A stretch of 64,000 nucleotides of DNA from a virus. Its lineage: Duplodnaviria > Heunggongvirae > Uroviricota > Caudoviricetes. The stretch covers positions 1 through 64,000 of IMG/VR virus record IMGVR_UViG_2778261352_000001. The stretch is one strand, 5' to 3'. The first letter of the stretch is position 1; each line of letters begins with the position of its first letter. Of the stretch, positions 8,882-21,899 are shown piece after piece. Position numbers and translations under genes: made by a program. The notes beneath the pieces were generated by a model. The model was not told the DNA's origin, ran no database searches, and was given only the letters and a program-made list of their open reading frames with translations.

Positions 8882-9321
8882 TTGGCTGGGGTGTATGCGT
8901 TCTTGCGTTAGCCTTAGCCGATCGCTATTTGCTAAAACGCAAGGACATCACGCATTTAGAACTTGGTGATGTGGAAATTAAACCGGGTTTCATCCGGGTG
9001 CCGTTCAAATACCGGTCTAAATTCCCGTTTTTGCGCGGCGCAACGGTCAGATATTGGATCCGCGATGTTCAGAAGCCGACGACAGTGATTGAAGGCGAAC
9101 AACGTTGTTTGACGTCGGCTGAACAGGGCGAAAACAGTGAATGGTTGTACATACCCACTGAATATATGGGTAAAGGAGAGCGACTGTGGCATTTCAACGT
9201 CATGGTTACGCATGGCGACTCGTTCATTAACCCGTTGTATCGGATTTTCCCTGTTACTCAGCAAATCCGCAGAAGTTACGTAATAAATCTCGCACAGGAT
9301 GTGTCAGATGACGAAAAATAA
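8878..9321 (+). CDS. lydB: LydB-like holin antagonist
   Basis: 147 aa, ATG overlapping upstream stop, AGGGAGG RBS; synteny. Confidence 0.45.
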   Translation: MIGWGVCVLALALADRYLLKRKDITHLELGDVEIKPGFIRVPFKYRSKFPFLRGATVRYWIRDVQKPTTVIEGEQRCLTSAEQGENSEWLYIPTEYMGKGERLWHFNVMVTHGDSFINPLYRIFPVTQQIRRSYVINLAQDVSDDEK

Positions 9322-9910
9322 GTATGCAACGGTCGATTTTGACCAGGTTAATGAAAAGGGGCTGAAATCCCTTATCGCGGCGATCAATAAAACCGGTGTT
9401 ACGGTAATTGAGGTTGACTCCAGCAACCGAGCAACAACGAAAGATGGCGTTAAAGTTAAAACCGCAAAGCTGGTTCTTAACGACGGACAAATTCTTGCCA
9501 TACAGGTAAACGATACTGGCGATATATCGTCTGTGAAACTGAATGGAAAATCTATTCCTAACGCTCAGTCGCCGGATATCAAGACGCTTGGTACCGTCAT
9601 GGGACAGGCGGCCCGCAAAAACTCCGCAAAATTCCAGAAATCACTGATCGCCAAAGCGAAGCGTGTTGCCAATCCGGTAGACAAGAAACCGGCAGTTAAA
9701 TCCAACTTTCAGCGCCTGCAAGAGGCAAAACAGCGGAATGCTCAGGTGGTTGCCGCTTATAAGTCCGCACAGAATTCGGTGTCTTTCAATCAACAGCAGA
9801 TCACTGATTTGCGGGCGAAGCTGGATAAGGAGACGGGCCGACTCAATAACGAAAAGGCACGGAATGGCGAACTCAAACGTCGTCTTAAGCAACTGAAAGC
9901 AGGAAATTAA
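9308..9910 (+). CDS. hdf: Hdf-like protein (shares coiled-coil region with DarA)
   Basis: KNSAKFQ-containing segment repeated in DarA (9912-11831). Confidence 0.5.
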   Translation: MTKNKYATVDFDQVNEKGLKSLIAAINKTGVTVIEVDSSNRATTKDGVKVKTAKLVLNDGQILAIQVNDTGDISSVKLNGKSIPNAQSPDIKTLGTVMGQAARKNSAKFQKSLIAKAKRVANPVDKKPAVKSNFQRLQEAKQRNAQVVAAYKSAQNSVSFNQQQITDLRAKLDKETGRLNNEKARNGELKRRLKQLKAGN

Positions 9911-9911
9911 C

Positions 9912-11831
9912 ATGGAACAGTTCAATATCAATAAAGGGGTGACGATCAAGCCTGGGCTTGACGTGCTTCCCCCGCCAGTGACTGATGATGAATATCGCGC
10001 ATTAATGGCCGGTGAGGACCGCTATCTGATGACGGAATCCAACACCATGGAGGAAATCGAGGCTACGTTCTTCTATGACACGCCGATCCACTGGTGTGCT
10101 ACGGATTTACTGGAGGCGATTAGTTCTACTCGTTTGCAGTTACACCGGACCATGCAGGCATTTGTCCGGGCATTGAACCAGAAGCTGAATGGCACCGGAA
10201 TCTCTGCGGGGAGTGATAAAACGGGGGATGTGGCCCAGAGCGGCGCGCGCGCGATCGGCGGTGCTGAAATTGGCCGGGCACGGAACGTTAACGGGCTGCC
10301 GGTCCTGCCAGCCATTATTCCGCTCAGTGATGGTCAGACTATCAGCATTCTGTTTCATAGCCCGACAGCGGAAAACCGGATCACCAATAGCGATACGCTG
10401 GTTGCTTTCCAGTTCTTACTGAATAAAAAAGACGTTACTCACACCGTTGCTCCGATGAGTGGACGTGATATGACGCTGGCGCAGGTCACCATGAAACTTG
10501 CCAACCTTGCAGAGAAAAACTCGGCAAAATTCCAGCGTGCGCAGAAGAAGAAAAAAGCCCTGGTTGATGAAATAACCCAACTACAGGCTGACAGTGACCA
10601 GAAAGAGGATGCCATGAGCGACCTCGCGGATCAGGTGGCAGCGGTAGAAGGGCAGAAGGTAGATCTGGAGCAGAAAATTAACGCGGTTGCTTCGGAAGCG
10701 GATTCTCTTTATCAAGAAAATGAGCGTTTGCAGGCGGAGATTGATCAGCTCAATCGCACTGGTGGGCGCGATACCATTGCTCCTGCGGGGATGACTGGTG
10801 GGCACTCTCGCGCGCTGACGGATCGCCTTGCCAGTATCAAAAATCGTATGCATATGGACGGGGAAGCGACGCTCAGTAATGGTGCATCAATGAAGCAATT
10901 CATTGGGGATGGCGAAGGGTATATCCAGTTAACCGATCCGGATGGCAGCGTATACATGATCAAGGCTAAATCCATACAGGGTGTGGACATGGCAGAAGCG
11001 ATCGGCAAGCTGTTTAAAGCCTATAAAGCGGGTAATGTATCGGAATATCTGGTCCAACCAGAAGAACATAAACCGGAAAACGTCGAACCTGAACCAGCGG
11101 AGGATACCGGTAGCTCTTCGCCTGAACCAGAAGTCTCTGTAGGTGCATATCGATATGCCCTGCAAATGCGTCCGGCGGCCCCTGGCGCAATACCTGAAGG
11201 TAACAAAGCAATTCTGCCGCGCCCTGATGAAGGTGACCCGTATTATGAATATGCACGCTACGGCATTGCTACTTACGATACCCCGCTTTCTGATCAGCAA
11301 ATGAGTGAGTACGACCTGAAGTTATTGCCTCGCGAGGATTCTTTCGACTTCCTGGCGAAGACACTTACTAATGGTCCGTTTGGCAAATATGCACAAAAAG
11401 CTCTGGAGCTGGCCACCAGCTCACCAGACGAGTTCCGCGTAATGCTGAAGACTCAGTTTCAAAAAACTTTCCCCAATATTGCGTTTCCGGGGGGCGCTGG
11501 CACCGAGAAAATGGTGCAGAGCATGATCAATGCATTGCAGGCCGAAGTCGGTGAGATTACTCAGCCAGAACCGGCCCCGGCACAGCCTGATGAAACGGTT
11601 AGCGAAGCAGATGCAGAGGCTAATAAAGCCATTGAATATCTCAATAACGTGATGGATATGCAAAGCACTGACATGGCGGAGATCCGTAACGCCCGGGGCA
11701 ATGTCCGGGAAGCGATTGCAGCCCTTCAGGCTGCCGGACGTTTTGAGGAAAACGAAGAGCTGGTTAATGGCGCTGCTCGCCACCTGGCTGATCTGCTGGT
11801 AGCAATCCAGAAAGCGGGGGTAGCGGCATGA
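9912..11831 (+). CDS. darA: DarA-like internal head (defence against restriction) protein
   Basis: 639 aa, size and operon position match P1 DarA (memory). Confidence 0.65.
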   Translation: MEQFNINKGVTIKPGLDVLPPPVTDDEYRALMAGEDRYLMTESNTMEEIEATFFYDTPIHWCATDLLEAISSTRLQLHRTMQAFVRALNQKLNGTGISAGSDKTGDVAQSGARAIGGAEIGRARNVNGLPVLPAIIPLSDGQTISILFHSPTAENRITNSDTLVAFQFLLNKKDVTHTVAPMSGRDMTLAQVTMKLANLAEKNSAKFQRAQKKKKALVDEITQLQADSDQKEDAMSDLADQVAAVEGQKVDLEQKINAVASEADSLYQENERLQAEIDQLNRTGGRDTIAPAGMTGGHSRALTDRLASIKNRMHMDGEATLSNGASMKQFIGDGEGYIQLTDPDGSVYMIKAKSIQGVDMAEAIGKLFKAYKAGNVSEYLVQPEEHKPENVEPEPAEDTGSSSPEPEVSVGAYRYALQMRPAAPGAIPEGNKAILPRPDEGDPYYEYARYGIATYDTPLSDQQMSEYDLKLLPREDSFDFLAKTLTNGPFGKYAQKALELATSSPDEFRVMLKTQFQKTFPNIAFPGGAGTEKMVQSMINALQAEVGEITQPEPAPAQPDETVSEADAEANKAIEYLNNVMDMQSTDMAEIRNARGNVREAIAALQAAGRFEENEELVNGAARHLADLLVAIQKAGVAA

Positions 11832-12193
11832 CACTATCAGCTATTGAGTTAATGGATCTCAGCGATAAGTTGGATGCTCTGATGTCCAAAGCGGCTACCG
11901 CGAGTGGCATGGAGTTGCTGGATATCAGCGATGAAATTGACCAGATCATGCAACAGATGGGGTACGGCGCGTCCGGCGGCAGTAGTGGCGAGGAAAAACA
12001 ACCTTCGGTACATGATGGTGTGCCAAAACTGGTTGCTGATTTCCTGGCTGATAAATTCGTCGATCAGAGCACAGATGCATTTATCGGTACCTTGCAGGAC
12101 TTGAGTCAATATGTTGGCACATACATCGACCTGGACCAGGTTAAACAGCACACGGCGGCATGGATAGCCGCCAACATTGAAGAGGCAGCATAA
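11828..12193 (+). CDS. ddrA: DdrA-like protein
   Basis: 121 aa, start overlaps darA stop. Confidence 0.5.
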   Translation: MTLSAIELMDLSDKLDALMSKAATASGMELLDISDEIDQIMQQMGYGASGGSSGEEKQPSVHDGVPKLVADFLADKFVDQSTDAFIGTLQDLSQYVGTYIDLDQVKQHTAAWIAANIEEAA

Positions 12194-12205
12194 GGCGTAA
12201 CAGGG

Positions 12206-15193
12206 ATGAGCTTAAGCGATCAGGTGGTAATGGCCACCAGCATAGAAACGCTGATCGAGCTGCTTAAGAACCTGCCCGATTATGGGCGGGTTTCGTATGT
12301 GGTGACAGCGAAGGGAGACGAGGTAAAAACAGCGTTTGATATCGTCGATGCCTCAGCTCTTTTGGTATCCAATACTCTGGATGGGAAAATTAATCCTGAC
12401 TATCCCCAGGAACTTCAGCCGCGCGACCGGACCCGCGCATCCAGCCTTCTTCAGGTTAACCAGATATCCAAAGATTTGCGGCCTGCTCAGCTTACTGATT
12501 CCGGTTTATCCAGCCATGGTGCGCCGATAATTGGTGAGGACAATGCCGTTGAGTCAGGTAATGGACGGACCATGGGGATCATCAAAGCCTATCAGGACGG
12601 CAATGCGGATCGGTATCGTGAGTACCTGATTGATCATGCGACCGAATTCGGCATACGACCTGAAAAGGTCGAATCAATGACGGCTCCGGTACTGGTGCGC
12701 CGCCGGTTAACTAAGGTTGACCGCGTTCAGTTTGCCAAGGACTCAAATATTTCTGATCTTCAGGAAATGGCAGCCAGTGAAAAGGCTTTTGTTGATGCCG
12801 ACAGCATAACACCGGCGATGATGGCGCTTTTTAACCCGTCAGAAAGCGGAGATCTGCTTAGCCGCAGTAATGACGCGTTTATTCGCGGATTCATGACGCA
12901 AGTTGGTGCTACACAGGCGGCTGGACTTGTAACTGAAGATGGGCGACCAACACGGCAACTTGTTGACCGGATACAAAACGCGATCTTTGCCAAGGCATAT
13001 AAGGATGCGCGCTTGGTAAGGATGGTTGCAGAAGAACCTGATCCGGATATGCGTAATGTTCTGACGGCGCTTAATGCGGCGGCCAATGATTTTGTCCAGA
13101 TGCAGGCTTTATCAGGAGAAGCGCACAAGCAGGCTGTGACAACCATCGTTGATGGCATTGAAACAGCTGATAGCCTCGATAAAAAGGCGCTGGCGGCATT
13201 GAAAGATGCGGTAGACCTGGTAAGGCAATCGAAGGAGTCAGGCCAACATATTACCGATGTTATTGCTCAGGGGGATATGTTCAGCGAAACAGCCCCGGAA
13301 GTGAAAGCTCTCGCGTTGTTCATCGTCGCGAATAACCGTAGCGCGAAGCGTATGGCCACCGCCTTTAAATTGATGGCTCAACGTATCAATGATGAGTTAC
13401 AGCACCAGGGCCAGGCGCTGGGGGATATGTTTGGCGGTGGTGATGTGTCGTTACAGGAGATCCTTCGCCAGGTGTCTCAGGAACTGGAAAACGAAGGCAT
13501 GCAAGGGATATCCGGCGGTCTTTTCGAGTCCGTTTCCGGCGGTAGTTACAACGGTGTTGCTCCATATACCAGTTTGCTATTACATCGGGCATCCGGCATC
13601 AAAGACATTATTCATCTGATCAGGCTGCTATCCCGCACCGATCCCCAGGATGAGCAGCTTGTACAAGTGCTTGCGCATTTTGTCCGAATGCCTGTTGCCG
13701 ACGTGAAAAAATGGTGCCGATTATTCGGTATCAGCAATTCGTTACTTCGCGGATTGTTAAATCACGCATCCTCCCTTGGGCGCGATGGCTTTGACGAGAT
13801 AGCGCAGGCGATAAAAAACGGAGATATGCCACCAGCTATTGACTGGTTTTCCATTCGCCCAACCAGGGTGAAAGCATTCCTTAGCGCGGCGCATTCGGCA
13901 TCACCATTGGCAGAAATGGTTCAGAGGCTGTCGCTCATATTCACAGACCATACCGCGTTGGGTGATCTGACTCTGGACGAGATGAAAGATGCCTCCATTC
14001 AGTGGGCCGATCAACAAAATGAGGTTAACTCAGACTTCTTGCCAGCATTCAGGAAGGCCGTTAGTAAAGCGGATGATGCCCGTGGGATTCTGAAGGCATT
14101 TAAGGCATTGCAAAGTCGTGTTAATAAACATGTCGGTGATATCGATGGGGTAACGGCGGAAGGCCGGGATATCCTTAAAGAGCACGGCATAACGCCAGAG
14201 TTTATTGATGAGATCAGGACTGATATGCAGCGTGAGGTCGTATCGTCCCTGCAAATCGTAGCCAGAGCGTTGGCGGATGCTAATCCGAAGAGTGCGGGCA
14301 TTGTTAACCGGGTTATTGGTGATATTGAAGCATCGGAGGGCATGGGGGCACTGAAACTCTTCCTTTCGCGAGCGTTTAATCCTAACGGCAATATTCTCCC
14401 TGGCATTATTGGTGAGGCTAAAAAGCATGTCAGTGAAGAAGAACTTGAGCAGCTTAACCAGCTACTCAATCGATTTTCATATATCCCGCAGAAACGCTGG
14501 CAAATGAATCAGCGTAGTATGGATTCGGTCTACGAGAAAGTGTTATCTGCCATGAACAGTGCGATCGCCAACTCATCCGTATCAGAAGAAAAAGCTCTTG
14601 AGTGGGCCGACTCTTTTATCACGGAAGAAGTGGAAGAAGCCCGCGCTGGACAGAATGGTGGAATAGACCTGCGCAAGGAACTTGCTGATATTTATCGCCT
14701 GACCGGCGGGAAAATATCAACCTTATCAAGGGTAATTCACCACAAGGGTAGGGCGTATGCAAATCTTAATGGTGTTGTTGCTGTCGATTTGCACGATGAA
14801 AATGCAAATGCACTGTGGCACGAGCTGGGTCATCATCTTGAGTACAGTAACCCGGGTTTGTTAGAGAAAGCCAGGTCATTCCTGAAGGCCAATGTTGAAG
14901 GGGATAAGCCATCTTTCGTTAATATCGGTGGGCGTGGCAAGCCTGAATGGTGCTTCAGATCTCGATTGAGTGATATTTATATGGCGAAGGTATACCCGCC
15001 TGTCTCAGTGAGTAATTCTGGTAAATTTCGACACAAATCTCCGACAATTTCCAAAACGTCAGCAACGGAAGTGTTCTCTATGGCTCTTCAGTTGTATCAT
15101 GACAAAGAGGCCGCTGCCGCATCACTGATGAATGGTGACGGATTGCTGGAACTGTTATTAGGTGTGGCAAAGGAGCTAAATAATGCAGATTAA
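12206..15193 (+). CDS. ddrB: DdrB-like large virion protein
   Basis: 995 aa, darA operon synteny. Confidence 0.55.
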   Translation: MSLSDQVVMATSIETLIELLKNLPDYGRVSYVVTAKGDEVKTAFDIVDASALLVSNTLDGKINPDYPQELQPRDRTRASSLLQVNQISKDLRPAQLTDSGLSSHGAPIIGEDNAVESGNGRTMGIIKAYQDGNADRYREYLIDHATEFGIRPEKVESMTAPVLVRRRLTKVDRVQFAKDSNISDLQEMAASEKAFVDADSITPAMMALFNPSESGDLLSRSNDAFIRGFMTQVGATQAAGLVTEDGRPTRQLVDRIQNAIFAKAYKDARLVRMVAEEPDPDMRNVLTALNAAANDFVQMQALSGEAHKQAVTTIVDGIETADSLDKKALAALKDAVDLVRQSKESGQHITDVIAQGDMFSETAPEVKALALFIVANNRSAKRMATAFKLMAQRINDELQHQGQALGDMFGGGDVSLQEILRQVSQELENEGMQGISGGLFESVSGGSYNGVAPYTSLLLHRASGIKDIIHLIRLLSRTDPQDEQLVQVLAHFVRMPVADVKKWCRLFGISNSLLRGLLNHASSLGRDGFDEIAQAIKNGDMPPAIDWFSIRPTRVKAFLSAAHSASPLAEMVQRLSLIFTDHTALGDLTLDEMKDASIQWADQQNEVNSDFLPAFRKAVSKADDARGILKAFKALQSRVNKHVGDIDGVTAEGRDILKEHGITPEFIDEIRTDMQREVVSSLQIVARALADANPKSAGIVNRVIGDIEASEGMGALKLFLSRAFNPNGNILPGIIGEAKKHVSEEELEQLNQLLNRFSYIPQKRWQMNQRSMDSVYEKVLSAMNSAIANSSVSEEKALEWADSFITEEVEEARAGQNGGIDLRKELADIYRLTGGKISTLSRVIHHKGRAYANLNGVVAVDLHDENANALWHELGHHLEYSNPGLLEKARSFLKANVEGDKPSFVNIGGRGKPEWCFRSRLSDIYMAKVYPPVSVSNSGKFRHKSPTISKTSATEVFSMALQLYHDKEAAAASLMNGDGLLELLLGVAKELNNAD

Positions 15194-15491
15194 AATCGCA
15201 GCGCCATTAGGCGGAGATGCCATTATCGAATTTGATGATAATGAAGAAGTTTCCGGGCGTTTAAGCATTATCTCCGGTGACATTACCGAGGACATGATCG
15301 CTGAAGCCATAGCTGGAGCAAATCCCAATAGCTATATGGGATTCGTTAACACCCTTGATGCTCCCGCAAGTGATGTTCTCCGAACGCTGCATCTTTACGC
15401 TGGCTGGTTTGTTGATTGGCCAGCAGTAGATGGTGGCGATGAGGACGACGACGATGATTTTGGTGATCATGTAGACCAGATCGTATATTGA
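15183..15491 (+). CDS. small acidic protein (last gene of dar operon)
   Basis: 102 aa, poly-Asp stretch GGDEDDDDDFGD. Confidence 0.45.
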   Translation: MQIKIAAPLGGDAIIEFDDNEEVSGRLSIISGDITEDMIAEAIAGANPNSYMGFVNTLDAPASDVLRTLHLYAGWFVDWPAVDGGDEDDDDDFGDHVDQIVY

Positions 15492-15493
15492 AG

Positions 15494-15519
15494 AAATCCC
15501 GCCAATCGGCGGGATTTTT
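15494..15519 (+). terminator. rho-independent terminator
   Basis: AAATCCCGCC-AATC-GGCGGGATTT stem-loop followed by T-run, between convergent genes. Confidence 0.55.
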
Positions 15520-15522
15520 ACC

Positions 15523-16617
15523 TCACGAGAAGCTCTTTTCTGATGTCAGCCAACAGTGCTCGTGCAAATCTCTTGGTGGTTTTTCGACAAATGCCTCTTC
15601 AGCCACATCCTGCCAGGGGATTTGTTTAGCCCATTCAGTTATAGCGTTATGGTTTGCCGAGAATAACGGTATTGTATAGGCCTTCAGCCAGTCTAATGTG
15701 CTGGAGTTGTGTTTTTGAGCGTGATGTTTCGCATGGTGTTTGGCGATCACGATCGTAGGCACTACCCATTTACTACCGTCAGTCATTGTGAAGTGCATAT
15801 TACGGGGAACAGATGACTTTTCCATCAACTCCCGAATCCCGGGGAATTTCCCCAAGATCAATCGACGATATTCATCGCTATTGCGCCCACCAAACTCTTT
15901 GGCTTTGAATTCAAGATATGCTTCAGAAACGAGAGGTGAATCCTCTGTGCTGAGAGTTATCGCCGTGAAAATACCAGCAGGATTGTTCTCACTATGGGCC
16001 AACCGGTGATGCGAATCATAAAAATACCCTTTCTCTCGTTCCGATGGTTTCGACAGCAACAGCAGGCGCGAATCATAACCGGTCAAATTGCCTGTTATCA
16101 CAGCATGAGCGCGGTCGCTGATTTCTGCCGCGTTAATAACGATGAAAAGATCGTGCGGTCCAGTAAAACCAGCCAGAGACTCTTCGTTATTCAGACAATA
16201 GGTTATATAGACGCATCCCCATGTTTCACTGATATGCACCAACCCTTTGTCAGGGTGTATTCTGAAATAATTGCCAAGAAAAGGGTGTTTTTGGGTAACT
16301 CGCTCCCAATAACGGAACATATAGTCAATTATTGTTTTTCGACTATCGTTAATCGCAGGAGAAACAACCACTGTACGGGAACACGAATACAGTATTGTTT
16401 GCAGGATGCTAATCACTGCCACAATAGAGGTTTCCCCAATACCATGTGGTGTGGTGGCAGTGACTTTGGCTCCGGTGTTCTTTATCGCGTTAATAATTTT
16501 TGCTTGATGAGGTGTTAACTCAATATCAAGCAACTCTTTTGCTGCCAGTTCCCAATTGTATTTATACCGTTCTATCAGTGCTAACCAGGCAGATTCATTC
16601 TGTATACGATTAATCAC
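15523..16617 (-). CDS. PacB-like degenerate terminase ATPase-domain paralogue (Walker A/B residues substituted)
   Basis: aligns by eye with PacB 1-280 (LAGFTGPHDLFIVINAAEISDRAHAVITGNLTG vs [33 protein letters not shown]); Walker A GKS->GET, Walker B DE->NA; no nuclease domain. Confidence 0.6.
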   Translation of the reverse strand: MINRIQNESAWLALIERYKYNWELAAKELLDIELTPHQAKIINAIKNTGAKVTATTPHGIGETSIVAVISILQTILYSCSRTVVVSPAINDSRKTIIDYMFRYWERVTQKHPFLGNYFRIHPDKGLVHISETWGCVYITYCLNNEESLAGFTGPHDLFIVINAAEISDRAHAVITGNLTGYDSRLLLLSKPSEREKGYFYDSHHRLAHSENNPAGIFTAITLSTEDSPLVSEAYLEFKAKEFGGRNSDEYRRLILGKFPGIRELMEKSSVPRNMHFTMTDGSKWVVPTIVIAKHHAKHHAQKHNSSTLDWLKAYTIPLFSANHNAITEWAKQIPWQDVAEEAFVEKPPRDLHEHCWLTSEKSFS

Positions 16618-17398
16618 TTTCCACCTCTTCCGTGGTGTTTTCTTGCAGTTCTGTTAATGCAGCACGACATAGGTTCCGGGCATTGGCTATAGCCACACTT
16701 TTGACTTCATCCGTCATCGTGCAGGTAATGTACTGATCGAGTTCTTCAGCGCGGATGATGCTTTTGCCAATCAGAAACTGTATTTGCCATAGCAGATCGG
16801 CATCCATAATCAGAATTTCTGCCGGGCCTTCAGGGCCAGCCGGGAAGGAAACATAAGACTGTTTGCCCAGGCCGACAACTCGACAACTTGCTTCAAGAAT
16901 TGCGCGCTTGAGGTCTGTCTTTATAACGGAAACAGGTTGATTTTCACCAGTGATTACGCCGTTGACATGGAAAGGCATGTAGCTTGAAATACGCTCCACT
17001 TTCCACACGCCAGCAAGCGATCCTTCATGCAGCACAATGGGGGTAACCGCGAGTTTCATCTCACCATATAACTGCTGGCAGATAGCTGGATTGCTGAATA
17101 CATCTAAAGGCTCACATTCAAACAGCGGCGCAATCTGCATGAGGTCCATCATGGTCATCCCTGGGGTACGAGCAGTAATGAATTTGCGCATACCAGTATC
17201 CATTGCGATCCAGATTGCTACACCATGCTTTTTGCTCACTTCTTCAGTAAAGCCAAGGTGGCACATGATGGTTTTTTCGATAGCCAGATCAGAGATAGAA
17301 ACCTTTTCGCCTGGCACTCCATCATTATTGATGGTCACTTCGACACTCTGGCCATTACGTAGGCGGTATTGAATGGTTTTAGTATTTTGTGCTGTCAT
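16610..17398 (-). CDS. hypothetical protein, operon partner of PacB-like paralogue
   Basis: 262 aa, ATG start, 8-nt overlap with downstream gene. Confidence 0.5.
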   Translation of the reverse strand: MTAQNTKTIQYRLRNGQSVEVTINNDGVPGEKVSISDLAIEKTIMCHLGFTEEVSKKHGVAIWIAMDTGMRKFITARTPGMTMMDLMQIAPLFECEPLDVFSNPAICQQLYGEMKLAVTPIVLHEGSLAGVWKVERISSYMPFHVNGVITGENQPVSVIKTDLKRAILEASCRVVGLGKQSYVSFPAGPEGPAEILIMDADLLWQIQFLIGKSIIRAEELDQYITCTMTDEVKSVAIANARNLCRAALTELQENTTEEVESD

Positions 17399-17595
17399 AG
17401 TCTTTTCTCTGCTTAAAAACTGATGTATTGCGCCTTCAGGTTGGTTAGGAATGTTTTCCCACCAGCGAAAGCAATATCTCGGGGTGTTCTATTCGTTAAA
17501 AGCGCGTGCCATTGCCAACTTTGGCGTTTGTTTGCGAGTTCGTGCTTTTGTCGGCGTCTGGACCACCGCTTTTCTTTCAGTCGTTTTTTACACAT

Positions 17596-18084
17596 TCAAA
17601 ACGGAATATCGTCGTCAAAGTCCATTGGAGGTTCGTTATTGGCGTTGCTCTGAGGTTTACCGCCACCACTATATTGCTGGTGGTTTTGAGGTTGGTTTGA
17701 TTGCCCCCAGCCATTTGAGGACTGTGAATCGTCACGGCGAGCGCCGATCATTTGCATGGTGCCGCCCTGGCTGACGATAATTTCCGTCGTGTAACGTTCT
17801 ACACCGGCGTCATCTGTCCACTTACGGGTTTTAAGTTTCCCTTCGATGTAGACCTGAGAACCTTTTCGTAAATACTCACTCGCAATTTCAGCAAGTTTTC
17901 CGAACAAAACGACTTTATGCCATTCTGTTTGCTCTTTCTGTTGGCCCGTTTGCTTGTCGCGCCATGATTCATTCGTTGCGATGCTGAGTCTTCCGACCGC
18001 GCCGCCATTTGGTATATACCTGATCTCCGGGTCTTGCCCCAGGGTACCAATCAGGATGACTTTGTTTACACCGCGTTGTGCCAC
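17596..18084 (-). CDS. ssb: single-stranded DNA-binding protein
   Basis: [23 protein letters not shown]...Gly/Gln-rich linker...DFDDDIPF acidic tail, unmistakable SSB. Confidence 0.9.
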   Translation of the reverse strand: MAQRGVNKVILIGTLGQDPEIRYIPNGGAVGRLSIATNESWRDKQTGQQKEQTEWHKVVLFGKLAEIASEYLRKGSQVYIEGKLKTRKWTDDAGVERYTTEIIVSQGGTMQMIGARRDDSQSSNGWGQSNQPQNHQQYSGGGKPQSNANNEPPMDFDDDIPF

Positions 18085-18103
18085 TTATCTTACCTAATAA
18101 AAT

Positions 18104-18120
18104 AAATTAATTAGAGCAAT
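18104..18120 (-). promoter_or_regulatory. C1 repressor operator
   Basis: reverse complement ATTGCTCTAATTAATTT, 20 bp upstream of ssb start. Confidence 0.6.
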
Positions 18121-18146
18121 AATGTATATCTTTGAAACGTAGCTAA

Positions 18147-18166
18147 CAAGTGATTTGCATTATCCT
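18147..18166 (+). promoter_or_regulatory. putative late promoter (CAAGTGATT-N5-TATCCT)
   Basis: late-promoter 9-mer with one mismatch upstream of lyz. Confidence 0.35.
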
Positions 18167-18253
18167 GTGCCTTCTAAAGGGATCGAGTCAGTCGGTATTG
18201 GCTGTAAATGGGTGTTTGTCCTGGAGCGTAAAAAATTCGCTTATGAGGTCTTT

Positions 18254-18811
18254 ATGAAGGGAAAAACAGCCGCAGGAGGCGGTGCAATTTGCGCTATCGC
18301 GATGATGATTACCATCGTGATGGATAATGGCAATGTGCGAACCAACCAGGCGGGGCTTGAGCTTATCGGAAACGCTGAAGGTTGCCGACGTGATCCATAC
18401 AAGTGCCCGGCGGGTGTATGGACCGACGGGATCGGTAATACACACGGGGTAACGCCTGGCGTGCGAAAAACCGACCAGCAAATCGCCGCTGATTGGGAAA
18501 AGAATATCCTGATCGCTGAACGCTGTATTAACCAGCACTTCCGGGGCAAAGACATGCCCGATAATGCCTTCAGCGCAATGACAAGCGCGGCATTCAATAT
18601 GGGATGCAATAGTTTACGGACCTACTACAGCAAAGCGCGAGGCATGCGAGTCGAAACGTCCATCCACAAGTGGGCGCAGAAAGGGGAATGGGTGAATATG
18701 TGTAACCATCTCCCTGATTTTGTGAACAGTAACGGCGTCCCCCTGCCCGGGTTAAAGATTCGCCGTGAAGAAGAACGCCAGCTTTGCCTGACGGGGCTTG
18801 TCAATGAATAA
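18254..18811 (+). CDS. lyz: SAR-type endolysin (lysozyme)
   Basis: MKGKTAAGGGAICAIAMMITIV signal-anchor-release N-terminus, then lysozyme core; matches P1 Lyz from memory; ATG 18254. Confidence 0.85.
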   Translation: MKGKTAAGGGAICAIAMMITIVMDNGNVRTNQAGLELIGNAEGCRRDPYKCPAGVWTDGIGNTHGVTPGVRKTDQQIAADWEKNILIAERCINQHFRGKDMPDNAFSAMTSAAFNMGCNSLRTYYSKARGMRVETSIHKWAQKGEWVNMCNHLPDFVNSNGVPLPGLKIRREEERQLCLTGLVNE

Positions 18812-19058
18812 ACTCCGGCAGCTCCGCCGACTTTCGACAATGAAGTTATCGCTGGCGGCGATAGTTTTTGACTCGATTTTCATGGCGGTATATGTGCTCA
18901 ATGAGACGTGGCCACTGGAACCGCTATTATATGCCGGGCTTCGGCTGTGCCTGACATTTTTGAGCATGGCTGCAAGATTGATGCAGCAGAAAGAAACCGC
19001 TTCAGATTGCCCACGTCGCGCGGTGCGCAAATATATGGCACGCAGACGAAGGCGATAA
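18798..19058 (+). CDS. hypothetical small membrane protein with poly-Arg tail
   Basis: 86-aa ORF overlapping lyz stop; two hydrophobic segments. Confidence 0.3.
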   Translation: MSMNKLRQLRRLSTMKLSLAAIVFDSIFMAVYVLNETWPLEPLLYAGLRLCLTFLSMAARLMQQKETASDCPRRAVRKYMARRRRR

Positions 19059-19071
19059 TAGTTAACGATAA

Positions 19072-19098
19072 CCCCGGCAGCCGCCGGGGTTATTTTTG
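19072..19098 (+). terminator. rho-independent terminator
   Basis: CCCCGGC-AGCC-GCCGGGG stem-loop followed by TTATTTTT. Confidence 0.6.
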
Positions 19099-19102
19099 GT
19101 GG

Positions 19103-21833
<2,731 letters not shown>

Positions 21834-21866
21834 TTAATTAGAATAATTCGCATCGTGTTTGAACGG

Positions 21867-21886
21867 AATTTAACACTAGTCACTTG
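21867..21886 (-). promoter_or_regulatory. putative late promoter for prt (CAAGTGACT-N5-TAAATT)
   Basis: exact 9-mer on minus strand, 5-nt spacer, -10-like hexamer, 43 nt upstream of prt start. Confidence 0.5.
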
Positions 21887-21899
21887 TTAAGGATTACCA

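Noticed and set aside
17413-17774. Small plus-strand ORFs across the ssb terminus and intergenic region
   Set aside because: Antisense to ssb or within its promoter/terminator interval; low-complexity translations
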